Assembly (NCBI GenBank): GCA_027604505.1
Contig: JADIIX010000089.1
Location: 1 to 64,000, forward strand
From: Gonapodya sp. JEL0774
Taxonomy: Eukaryota
Length of the DNA stretch: 64,000 nt
Reading direction: 5' to 3'
Part shown: one piece after another, positions 34,540 through 46,834 of the stretch
Layout: each line of letters starts with the position of its first letter
Numbering within the stretch: the first letter of the stretch is position 1
The notes under the pieces: generated by a model
What the model saw: only the letters and a program-made list of their open reading frames with translations
The model's database searches: none
Told to the model about the DNA's origin: nothing
Made by a program: the position numbers and the translations under genes

Positions 34540-36350
34540 ATCCTCCGAAAACGCAAAGTTAATGGCGTCTGCAACCCAATACAAGTGCGGCTCAAGAAGG
34601 TTTAGTACAGTGTGAGCCGACACCCTACCATAGTTTTGATAAATCAATATTAGTAAATCGCAGACATCACACTGTTACTTGACTCACCAAAGAGAGTCTT
34701 TGAAGCTTTGCTTCTTCTTGGTCAAACCCCGGAACGTCGCCCTGCCCCACTCCCAAGCGCTTATAGAGGAGTGACGACCACCCTCCATTCCAATAATTTG
34801 CCGGTGGCCTTCACCCTTTGTGAAGTAAGTGCGAATTAAATTCGAATAACTTTCATTCCCCTGAGAGATCGGAGAACATGCTAACTTCAAGGTAAAGTTG
34901 AGATCAATTACTCTCAAAAATCACAAACGAGAAGATGTAAAGCAGTGATCAACGACTCCACTGAGAGACAATTCCCTTCGATTGCTATTGCAGCAGACTT
35001 GAGGGATTGCTCGTGAATGCGAAAGTACACAAGGACCTGCCGATCCTTCGTGTCCTTGTTTTCAAAAATGTCACGGCCCAAAGCTTGATGTTGACCATAA
35101 AGAAAGTGCCTGAGGGGCAAGTTTCACCAATGAACTTCGTCACGTGACTGCAAAATTCTGTGTAGTCCTTGAAACGTTTCGGACACATTTGGTTAGCACA
35201 TGAAACCATTACCTCTGAGGAGATGCTGTGGAGGCTATTTCGGATATCTGGGATCCCAATGCTTTGTCTGCTTGAACTCACTCGTCAATGCACAAATTAT
35301 TGATGCCCAAGGTCGACAGGGTTCCAATTTCATTAAATGTCATCCTTGCTGCCTTATTGACTGCCATCCGAGTCTTTAAAGTATGAAAACTTGATGGACC
35401 ACTCGTTCTCGATCAGATGTAACTTGTGTGATGTTACAATGGACTGCTTACCTCTGTACGATGGATGATAACCATCTCTCGATCGCTTTCACCACCCTCC
35501 CCGACTTATTGACTCCTGTCTCGAGTTTGCCATCGGGCCCAAAAATTTGACAGCCAATCAAGAGCGATCCCAAGAATAGAAGCGAAACGAAGTTCCCGTT
35601 GGCCACGACGACATGGCCGTTCGGTGACTCAATGGGGATGATAGCTGTGTGGGCGTGTTCTATGAGAAATTCGATGCCAGGGGAAGTACTGAGGGCAAGG
35701 CCGGTGTTAACAGTATTCATCAATGTGTAGAATCTGTCCTGAGCGACTCACAATAGCATCTCACACCACTGAGAGAACTGCCCCAATGTACAGCCAGATC
35801 TCAGTGATACAAGATTCACCATTAGATAGGTCACAAATTCTTTAAGGAACACAGTGGAAGGATATTGTCTGTACAGAAATAAAATGGGCAAGGCCGGAGT
35901 CGAGACAACGTCAGACTACTTATGGAGACAGGAGTAGGGAATATCACATTCACGTGGGGACTAATGTACGATATGCCGGTCATCGGGAGAACCCTATTTG
36001 ACCAATGTCCTTCATGAAAACTGCGTGTTCCGAATCAAGCACTCACACTTCCCCACTTGCTTCTCTGAATACAAGAAGCCGCTATGTTAATCAGGAAGAT
36101 GTGAATGATTCATAGCCAATCAAAATCTTCAACCAACCTGGCAGTCTCCGCGGGCAATGGCAGCCTTAAGGTTTGGTTCGTGTTACTGTGGGAGCGGGAC
36201 GATGCTAAAGGCCCTCAACGACATAAGAACGGGTGCAATTCCAATTATCACATGCGCTTTGAGACGAACGGATGGGAAGAACGACGAGCCGAGTGCTTGT
36301 TCAAGTACAGGAATCGTGTTTCAAGAATGGGATGGGATGACGTAAGCGAG
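34540..36350 (-). pseudogene. Uncharacterised multi-exon gene, copy 1 (probably disrupted), with a C2H2-like motif
   Basis: Exon-by-exon similarity to the copy at 36950-38760; CANQMCPKRF...FCSH motif; some frame disruptions. Confidence 0.55.
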
Positions 36351-36949
36351 GCTGACGACATCCCATCCCCACAACTATCCAGCACTAAGCCCAAACTCAA
36401 AAGCACCAGGTCACTGCATTTTTATGCCTGCTTGACTATTAGAATCCCAATTAAACTAGTTAGGATTGGTAATACTAACTATCAGAGAGGGCATTATTGC
36501 ATACGCAACACAAAGTAACTGTTATCGTCTTCCTCCCCTCCCCCTCCCTTCTTCTTCTGTGTCCTCAACCAAATTGCTGTCGGTGCCCACAAAACACTCC
36601 GCGAAATGAAAGAAGAGCAATTAAACAACAAGCATATTCTATGAAAAGAGTGCATCTTATCAAAATGTGAAGTTTTAAGCCCTATATCTTCTGTCTTTTC
36701 TTGCACTTGCTTGACTTTTTTCTGGGGGCTGACAATGAAACATGAGCTCTACTAGATTTCCAGCATTTGTGCCTTTCTATAGAAGAGACTTACTTGAATT
36801 TGAAGATGAGCAAGGTGGCAGTGTTTGCGTGCGTGATCCCCCTCTTTTCCCCTCCTCTGAGCGAAAGAGCAAGAGAGAACTCTGATTGCTTATTTCAGTG
36901 CTTATTTCAGTGGTCATTTCAGTGACGTAAACTCACTAACTCTTGGAAG

Positions 36950-38760
36950 TTGAGTGATGAGGTGTCATCCAGCCCAAACAAGATTGCATCCTTCAGCCAG
37001 TGGGTCATTGGTGTAACCTTCTCGAGAAGTACTTTTACTTCCACCCTTCAAGAACACAAGTCAGACCGTTTCATGTAGGATTATTCACTTCAGGGCAGCA
37101 TCACTCACCATAGCCAATCAAGCGGCTTCATCTTCTTCTTTTTGTATGCATTCCTCAAAAACGTCCAGAAACTAACAGAGGACACCGATTCGAGATGGTT
37201 GTCTTTCAAAACGTATTTGCGTGCAGGTGTGTGTGTGAAATAGTCTTTTAACAGTTTCGTATGTGCCTCCAAATCCTGAATCCATCAGCGAACCAAACAT
37301 TGATAACTCTGCAGTCCACCACCACCTACCACAAAAGTAAGAGCCAAGCTCAAAGACTCAATTGGGATATGGTGTCCCTCAAGTGCAAAAGGGGCCATTT
37401 TTCCAAAATTCGTTTTAATGTGAACGAATACCTTTCTACCTTTCTTGACGGCGTTCGCACACCAATTCCAGATACTTCTCGATGTGCAGCTTCGATGTTG
37501 TAGTCTAATAGCTCACTAAAATGATCGTGGTCCCATGTCAGCCGTGGAACAATGGGGATCATATAGTACCCACGAATGTTTTTCTGCCAAGTGCTGGTTC
37601 ATTTTACCGATGTTTAGGGCGAAGGAACTTGGACAGATTTCAAATGGACACTTGACAAAAAGCTTTTCACTGTATCTTGGAACCAAATAGTTTGATGTGA
37701 TTGTCAATACCGTAGCGACTACTGCTCATCACCCACCCATGCAGGCCAACATGGGTAATCCCCTCGTTTGCTTTGAGTCTGCTGATGTCAGCCTGGGACA
37801 CAACAGTGTTTAATCGCACAAAACTAAAACTGTAAAGCTTTGGTTAATACAATGAAGCGGCCATACTATCTTACATCCTTGCAAACCTTTTCACAACACT
37901 TGAGATCAATGTAGCAAACCAATTGAAGATATGCCCATTGGCTTGGAAATCCTCCCTCGGTTCACCCATATACACGAAAAATTGCCTCCCAAGTAGTCGC
38001 CCCATCAAGCGGATAAGACAGTGAAGTTTCCGTTCACAATTGCAACATGTCCATTAGGGCAGTTCACAGTCCATACGTTATTGTCGGCGTTTTCAGAGAG
38101 AAATTCCACTTTAGTTGATTCACTAAGTAAAATGGTGGCTTAAAAGTCTTCAGTTTAATGGGTGGGAAAGTGACTCTAACAGCAGTACAACACACCACAC
38201 CAGAAAAGTATCATCATGGATTCCCTCTCTCAAAGCCATATGATTGGCCAGAACAAACAAAACAAAGTTTTCGATATCCATTGTCATCGACGGATACACT
38301 CTGGATAAAGCACGAAATCATCGAATCAGAAATGTGATCTGACGTACGTGGTTGATGATACTGACGTGTCGAGCAGGGCGGGTAACCAAAAGTCTACATC
38401 AGCGATTCCGGCCATTGGTAAGCTGATTCATGCAAGCTGTTAGCAGTCTCATTTCAATTGCTGGTGACAATGCACTTACTTCCCCTCTGGTGGAAAGGAG
38501 AGATATCATCAACTGTCATGCGAGACACACGTCAATTTCCTGCTTCTGCGCCAACACAACAGGTAACCTCACCCCGGAATCTCAAAGGGGATGGGAAGCA
38601 TAATAGTCAGTGTAGACTTAAATTGAGAGCTGTCAAGCGTTCCAAATCGGGTGCAGAAAACAGTGACGTGGAACTTCGAGCTGGGCACAGGCCACAAAGC
38701 GAACTGAACCGACTCCAATAATGTAAATAATGTTGCAACAACAATAACGCAGAAAATCAG
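36950..38760 (-). pseudogene. Uncharacterised multi-exon gene, copy 2 (frameshifted), with a C2H2-like motif
   Basis: Paralogue of 34540-36350; CPFEICPSSF...MNQHLAEKH motif; frameshift just after NGNF near 38015. Confidence 0.55.
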
Positions 38761-38899
38761 CAAGTACCCTCGTATCATTCAACATGTGAATTGTGAGATA
38801 CTGCACCACCTATTACATTCCCACGATTCGAAGCAAGGACTACTCTGTCCATGAGTTCAATCATTTCGAACGGAGGAATCATAAAACTCAATTACACGA

Positions 38900-41640
38900 G
38901 ATCTACTTTACTCAGAAGCGTCACTCCGACCAATGATAAGCTCGGTAGGGGAAAAATAGTTTGATCACAACAATGCCTAGTTTTGATGCATCAACAATGC
39001 CACCGCGACAGGCAATACCCCACTGCGCAGCGTGCCCCATCGTAAACTTCTTGAAACAACACTTACCGCATCGATCTAAGTCCCTGTTCCGCCGATGGTG
39101 CAGCGAACGTAATGCGGAAGCGCGGGCCTGCCGAAATACTGACCAGAGACAAGAGAATGAGCGGACGCAGCAGTTTGTGAGGAACTTCATGGTGTGTGGT
39201 ACTGCCCAGTACCACACACCATGAAGTCCAAAAATGTTGCAATCCTCTGTTACATAATGGCAACATAGAATCTCCCTCGCTGAATCCTCTGTTCAGTGTT
39301 TGTACTTGTCTCGAAGCCCGTCCCGCACCACAATTGGTGTTGGTGCCCCGAAAATGTCACGGAGGGAAGAAACCAAGATGAAAAGTCGAGCCACGAGATT
39401 AGTTATGTGGCTCATTCCCAGAGGCAGGACGCAGTGAAACCTAGAACCCGCGAAGATCATCGTACCAATGTTTCACCCGCGAAAAATATCCATTATGTGG
39501 GGAGCCAACACAACTTCATTGAATCATTCTAACCTTGTTTCGCTCTGACCGCCATCACAACCTTCAATGCAGGCTTGATGTTTGTGTTCTAGAAGGATCG
39601 AAATGTTGTTTGGGGGGCGGAGAGAGCAGCACGAGGTTAGTTATGCGGGCCATGATCAAGGTAGGACGCACGAAGGCAAGAATCCACGACTCACATCGTA
39701 CCGATCCTAAGTACAACAAATCGACGACGAGTAATCTCGGCAACGACCGTCGCCTTGTGTGGATCAACAACGCCACGATGGGAAAGAATCTACCATGCAA
39801 CCCCCCTGATCGAAACGGATTTCTGAAGCAACATTTACCACAATCGCTACGTCCGCGCTTGTACAGTCCCACCGCAACCTTCCTCGCGGGAACATTTTGT
39901 GCAGAACATTCGCGCAGGATACACGTTGGAGCAAAGAAACCGAATAAACTTTACTTCGCATATTTTTACCAACGAGTCTCCTCGGCCAAAATTGTTCTCA
40001 ACTGCGCGACTGCTCCATGCGCGCGCCCATCGTGAACAGAAACTACGCTTACCGCCAAGTTGATCCACGCAAATCACATGCAGTTCCGAGTTGTACATTA
40101 AACGCCTCACAGCTGTTTCGTGGATAAAGGTTGGTGAAAGAGGGAAATACGATACCGCATTATGGATGAAACAAATCAAGGTTAGTGTGCTGTAACTCGT
40201 TGAATTCCGTAAAAACGCCGAAATCCTGATGGTGGCGAGCATCCTCATACCGATCCTAAGTACCTGAGCCCGGCCGGACCGAAGTGAGTACGAACCCCTG
40301 TCTCATGTGGACCAACAAGTGTGCTCCACCAAGATTGTTCTCGTGCGCGCAACTGCTCCATGCAGCAACAGCCAACAGAAAAAATACTTACCGCCAGATT
40401 AATCAACACAAACAACGGCAGGCCCGAGATGTACATCAAATGCCTCACAGCCGTTTCATTGCAATCCTCAAGACAAACTTGGTGTCCGTGTTCTAGGAGG
40501 ACTCGGCATATATCAGTGTGGAGCGGAGAGAGCAGCAACAGGTTAACTATGTGGCCCATGATCAAGGTAGACATACGAACAGCAAGAATCCACGACTCGC
40601 ATCGTACCGATCCTAAGTGCAACAAATCGACGCTGAGTAATCTCGGCAACGACCGTCGCCTTGTGTGGATCAACAATGCCGCGATGGGAAAGAATCTACA
40701 CTGCTAATCCCCTGATCGAAACGGATTTCTGAAGCAACACTTACCTTCCATGCAAGTCCCGTTCTTGCGATCGCAAGACAACTGTCCTCGTTAGTCATCG
40801 TGAGGCTATATTGGCGGAGGGTATACACTGAAACAACGAAACAGAATCAGTTGTAACCCCAACATGGAGGCAAGTGTAGTGTTTGATGTTTCGCTCGTGA
40901 AAATCTCGTAATATTCAAGATCGCCAGCACGTCATTCACTTTCAAGCATCCTTGAAAGCTTCTTTCCCCGTTTGGCTCTGGTATCCATCAAAATGTACCA
41001 TGCCGCGGCAGGTCTTTGTCCAAGCAAGTCTCAGCAGACAGCAAAATTATGTTGATGAGGGAGAGAACAGAACAAGGTTACTTATATGGCTCATTCTCTT
41101 GGCAGGACGCAACGAAATAAAGAATCCACGAGAATCATCGTACCGATCCTAAGTACAAGAAACCAATGACGAGTAGTCTCGGCACCGACCCTTGTCTTGC
41201 ATGGATCAACAATGCAACACGAATGGGAGTTCCATTTGCAACCCGCTTCGTAGCAACGCACTTACCTTAGATGTCGTAGTGCATTCCCCCAGGTACGTAC
41301 GACGTACATCAAACAGATGAAGAATGAAACCAGTTGGATGAACGGACCCTTGCGAACACCGCTCTGATGTTGGTGCAAGAGGGGGATGGGTCCACCAACC
41401 CTCCATCGTAGTTCATGTGATCTTCGCTATCCAAAGTTTGATGCCCGACTAAGGAGAAAGAACGAGAAGAAACAGAACGAGGTTAGTATGTTGGCGCTCT
41501 TGACACCAACTGAGTTAGTCCCACGGCCATCAGTGCACCGACAGCATCGGGCAGATCCTGCGAGAGAAGAGGATTTGACCGGGTGCCGAGCATCGCTTTG
41601 TGTGGATGAACGATGCTACCTGAAGAGTGAGTACTTCGCA
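38900..41640 (-). repeat. Cluster of repeated ~250 bp intron-like units
   Basis: Near-complete copies at 39588-39839 and 40492-40745, a diverged copy at ~41040-41266, and partial copies at ~38960-39067, 39390-39478, 40170-40265 and 41460-41620. The shared core is ATCGTACCGATCCTAAGT. Confidence 0.85.
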
Positions 41641-42676
41641 GAAACAATGACCAATCTCAAGTGCACAAACCAAATAGAATGAATTTCTGTGAAGGAATAA
41701 AAGGAATGAGTGTGCGACGTTAACCAGCTGAAGGACGCCATGATTCAAAGGAGCCGTGCGGGGGTGGGTATTCTTGTGACCTACATAGGTGGCTTCAAAT
41801 TGAGCCCAACATGCCAGAATAGCTACTAGAGCAATGATATTACTGTGCGTCGGTAAGTGGTGGAGCTGCATGCCTCGCGGTGGGCATGAGGACTCAAATG
41901 TCTTTGAAGCGGAAGCTCACCCCCTCTGGCATTTGGGGGGTTTGAGGACTCGCAGAAGAGCAGGCTGCGGATAACGTCATAGAATTGGTTGAGCGTGGGA
42001 GTTTGCTGGGTAGATTGATGTGCGGGCATGGTCTGCAAGGACATTCAGAATGGTTGAAGCGATGAGGAGCAGAAGATGCACTGGTCGAGGAAGCCCGCAG
42101 AAATGATGGACATGAAGAGTACTCAAAGCAGCTCAGTGCAGAGCAGGAGAACGTTCGGTCTTCTGGAAAAGGTATCAGTGGTGCAGGTGGAAGCATTCGA
42201 GTAGCAGTGCAGTGACCTCAAACACGGCGCCAGTGCACCCGAGATGATCTTTCTACACGTGCACACACTACGGGCGAACAATAATCTTTATGTAAAATGA
42301 GCAAGCTACTTGGGTACGTTGAGTTGCGTATTTTCTGCTTTCTCCATCATTCCCTTCCCCTCCTTCTGGCCTGCAAGACAAACAACACTTGGAACGGGTA
42401 CTAGGTTTGTATATTCAGTCAGGAGGCGCAAACTACTGATAATGTAAACGCCGCTCTACGGTTCGTGCATATGGAAAAGGGGATCGGGGTGTGCGTTTCG
42501 GCATTGGGTGGTTATGGACAGGGAGAGGAGAGAGTACGTTGCGGAAATGGATTTCAGCATAGAGCGATGAGCCCGAGGAGCTCGTGGACTATGGAAGGAA
42601 GTGTACGACAGATCCGAGACAGAAAGTGCAGGAGATTCCGATACTAGCCCCACACTCTACTTCTTCTCGAAGGGAT

Positions 42677-45600
42677 TCACGCGGCGTTCTGACGCTTTAT
42701 GACCGCTTGAGCCCATTTGGCCACCTGAACAACGCGAAAGCGATTGTCTTTTGCAGTCACCGAACGGAAACACTAGCGTGCACCTACCTCCTTGACGGAG
42801 GCACTACCGTCCCCTCTCCATGAGCGCCCCTCCCTGATGAGATTTTCGACCCACTGCTCCTGAAGGAACGGTTTTATTTCTCCTCGTGGGAAAGACTCAG
42901 CAAAATCACTGCAAAGAAATCAGAAGGGAACAAAAAAACAAAGAGCGACAGTAATAAAATCATAAAAATGGTCATCAAACCTTGCCACCGGAAGGGACAC
43001 GCGTTCTCTCACCCAACAAGCCCAATGAGTTGCCGTGTAAGGTCCGGACCACGATCCGCATCCTCGCTATTGACTGCCTGAAGGAATCGGAACACACTTT
43101 CGGTGTGGGGCAACAGGAGCGAAGCTGAAAGGCGAGGTCAGATGCATTCTCCTCCGATACACAATACAAGAACAGAACAAAAACATACCTTTATCGCCAC
43201 TCTTAAGACCTTGAACAATTCCAACATAAGCTTCAATGATGCCCTCTCGCAATTGGTTGACATAATCAATCATATCGTAGTTGTTCTTCGAAAGAGTAAA
43301 GCATGGAGATACATTACGAGGTACCAACTCCGAACTTCCCAGTTCAAACTCACAGGTGGTGCATGAATTTGGCAGGCTTGTTGGAGCACCATCATGACCA
43401 CATCAAGGTAAACTTGGAAACGACCACCGATCGCAAGCGCAATATCACCGAAGCACGACAGGATAGCAGGCTTGACATCCCGATGGAGCTGAGGGCTCTG
43501 TAGGTTCTGGAGCAAAAGCGTCATGAAACTGTCGCAGTACGGAAGCGCCTGGTCGTTGAGAGCTCTGCAAATGTCGCCCACTATTCCAACTGCAATGGAA
43601 CACATCTGGTGCTCCTCGTGGTTGCGAAGAGCCATTTCCAAGAATGGAGTGAACTTGTCAATGTAACGAATAAAGTCGCCCTCGACAGCTGCGTGACATA
43701 AATCAAGGGTGTGAAGCCTCTCAAGTATCTCTTTCGTAATTTTTGGGCAGACTTACCGGCCGTAAATGCGCCTATAGTCAAGAATGCGTCCTCGAGCACA
43801 GTAGAGCTCCTTGCAGCAGCTCCCATCAGATTGAGAAGGGATGTCATAATTCGGTCCGCATTCGGAGCGACGAGGTTGCGAAGCCTCCGAACACAACTCT
43901 GAACAAGACGGTACACAAATTGAGTTCTGCTGCCGCAAGTAGAAAACACAACGCAACCGCTCACTGTTAAAACACTGCAAAGGTTTGCTTGCGTCTCGTA
44001 ATGCACGTTCCTGTCGTCCTGGTTAACCAGCTGTGACTGCATAGCAATACTTGCGTCAAGGCGGTCCAAGATCGCCACCATAAGCCGTTCCACCGAAGGG
44101 TAGCAGTCCTTCGCGCAGTGACTGACAAGAGACGACATGGCTTCGTGTGCGGTCGCACGGAAGTTGACCTCGGAATGAGCTTGAGCGGTGATGTTGAGAA
44201 GAGCCGATATAAGGCCGTCAAAGTAGGGTGACATGACGTAGGACTGCGGTTCAGGCTCATCGGGTGCAAGCTGATCAGACAGGTTGATGATACACTGACG
44301 GATTTCGGTATTGCCGGCATCAGAGGAGCCATACAATAACACAAAGAGTGTCGACTCACCCAACAACAATTGGAGGCGACCCTAGGCGAGTCCACGAGGC
44401 CATGTACGACCGCCTGCAGCACGTTCCGCAAAACTGCATCCTCCTTGAGCGTGTCAGCCAACACATCTGATATCCGTCCAAGTGTCCACGCAGCTGTGTC
44501 TTTGACAGACACCTGTGTATCACGCATCATATTGAGAAGGAGGGGGAGAGCTTGCTGTACAAGAGGCGCCAGGTTTTTCGATTGAGGCCCCTCGAGAATA
44601 GAACCTGAAAGAGTTTCCAGTCAACAATAAAGGGCGAAACTCCGCAAAAGGGCTCTCGCTTACCAAATGCCATGACAGCAGCCTCACGATACCGCCAGTC
44701 TTGACTCGTGATGTTTTGCTCCACAAATGGAATCACCGGTTGCACAATCACGTCCCTCACGCAGTTCGCCAAAAGGCTGAGACAAGTTGCGGATGCCATG
44801 GGCAGATTCCATTCATCCTCGTCGTCCTCCTCCTCCTTCTTGGTTAAGAGGTGGAGCAGCACAGGGACAAGCTCCTTCACAGCAACACCAGCAAAGTCTT
44901 TTGAGACGCGAGAAGGTTCATCACCGGACAGTTCGGCCTCCTCCGCGTCGCTTTGGATTTCGATCTCCTCCTCACAAACTGTGGACCAGAACTCAACGGC
45001 TTGGAGTGCAACTTTTTCGTTCTGGTGCTTCATCCCCATAACAGTGAGCTGATCAATAACCAGAAGGATGCGTGCAAAGGGAGAGCAGTTTGGCTCGCAG
45101 CCTTAGCTTTCGTTCGTGGGTGAAACACAAGATCACTCACGCCAAAGAGCGCCTTCTCCATATAAAATCCCATGTAATCGTAGTACAGCTGCATAATCCT
45201 CACAAGACACTCGTATGCCGACACTTGAACATCCTGGTTATCCGACACCGTCGCCTCGCACACAACTTGCATGATATAGTTGCGCTCGCCATCCCGAGCA
45301 AAGTTGGCCTTAATAAACTCGAGGGAATTATAAAGAGCCTGGAGAGCGGCCAAGCGGACTTCATTGGAAGGCTCCTCTTTGCGGGCACCTTGAACAACTG
45401 CCGTGAGGACATTGTTGGCTTGGCTGACTAGGAGTTCAGGTTCCTAGCGTTAAATCATGTAGCATGAAGATATGAAAGATCAGTAACTTTCATCATAGAT
45501 GGGTGGGCTGACTTCCTTCGCCCTCATGAAGTCAGATTGGTCAAGTGTGTTTCTGTTCGCTCAACTCACAATCGTTTCGCAGATAAAGCCAATAGCTTGC

Positions 45601-46714
45601 AAAGAATGAAGCCTCAGAGCCATTTTCTCCGTGGACATATTCTCTAGCAGCTTGGGCACCAGCTCCGGCCAGTCGTTCCTGGGCAGGTCAATGGACGCCA
45701 TGGCGGAGATAACCTGTGCTGCTGCATTTCCGGCCTGCTTATCGTCCGAGCCAAGTGTAATCATAGCAAAGTTGCGAACAGCGGCTTTTGTTGGGGGATC
45801 AAGAGTGATCCAGCGTTGTGCATACTGCTCGGCGCGTTGATCCTCCTGAGTCAGGTAAGATGTGAAGGTTTGGATGAGGCAACCATGACGACGATAGATA
45901 CGAGAAACGTGAGATTGAAAAATTCCAATGAATCTTAATGTCGGGGCAAAGGATGTCAAATTAGAGATAAAAGCGACAGTCAACTCACTTTTGCTTGCAG
46001 TGAATTTTTGATCTGGAGACCCGCCGCCTGCCGAATGTGGGATAAATTTGGTGCCTCATTGGCAAGCTCCTGTGATAATGCGGCTAAAAAGGCAGCCTTT
46101 CGACCGGATGTAAGGTGCAAATGTTGGTGACGCGATGCGGCATTGTATTCCCAGAGAGTACCATCAACGATAGACATGCCAAAGCAGACGAGTTTAGTCA
46201 GTGCCGTTGCGATCTCTCTCTCAGCTGGTGCTGTCTAGCAGGATAACGCACATAGTTGTCGGTCGCGGCTTTCTCAAGCGCCGCGGTGGCCTCTTCACGA
46301 AGTCGCTGGTCTGCACTCCGCCCATCCACGTTTTCAAATCCGCATTCGAGCACCAAGTCGTTGAGTAGTCGAAGCCAAGTTAAGTAGATGAGGAAAAGCG
46401 TGTCAGAGAGAAGAACAACAAACGGTCGGTTCAACTGGATGTTTTCTTGAGCATCGCGGGTTCCAATCCTGTCCGCGGACAAGAAGGCCTGCTATTGCTC
46501 CGATTCTGACTGATTCTCGCCTCGTTTCCGTGGCGTCGGTGATTCGTCCTAGTGAATCAATGTAGCATGTTCGCCCCAAAGAATCACCGGTCGGATCCGA
46601 CCCGAGAGAAGGCAGTAGGACAATGGCACTGGGCGGAACAGTGAATGTAGACAGAAGGCGCGACGTACCGGGCTGGAGGGTGTTGGCGAGAACGGCGCCG
46701 AACGCGGTCGACAT
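42677..46714 (-). CDS. KAP95: Importin beta-1 (spliced)
   Basis: [109 protein letters not shown]. Confidence 0.96.
46437..46590 (-). ncRNA. Candidate intronic H/ACA snoRNA in the first importin-beta intron
   Basis: Hairpin CGGTGATTC...GAATCACCG, then an ANANNA box (AAACGA), a second hairpin GAGCA...TGCTC, and ACA followed by 3 nt. Pattern only. Confidence 0.3.
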
Positions 46715-46834
46715 GTTGTTTTGGCGGGGAGAAGCTGACACCTGTGCCCAGTCCCTTGGTCAAGAAAAAGGGGAACCCAACAGAAGCATAGGTATGTGGA
46801 CAATGCCTGCAAATAAATGGGGCATCCAAGGCAT

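Noticed and set aside
35560..35680. PNGH motif as a Harbinger/DDE transposase signature
   Set aside because: Only a 3-4 residue resemblance, with no convincing catalytic D/D/E context.
36887..36924. Three-copy 12 bp repeat (TGCTTATTTCAG-like)
   Set aside because: An ordinary slippage repeat with no evident function.
39535..40707. Plus-strand ORFs sharing HDSHRTDPK..NLGNDRRLVWINN as a repeat protein
   Set aside because: The peptide identity simply follows nucleotide identity. One copy has an internal stop, and the splice signals point to the minus strand.
38900..41640. CRISPR-like array or Fanzor/omega-RNA locus
   Set aside because: Units are ~250 bp, irregularly spaced and degenerate, and I found no Cas, TnpB or RuvC-like ORF in the window.
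41530..42196. Short Cys/Ser-rich minus-strand ORFs
   Set aside because: No recognisable motif and broken frames. They could head the repeat-containing locus, but I cannot support that.
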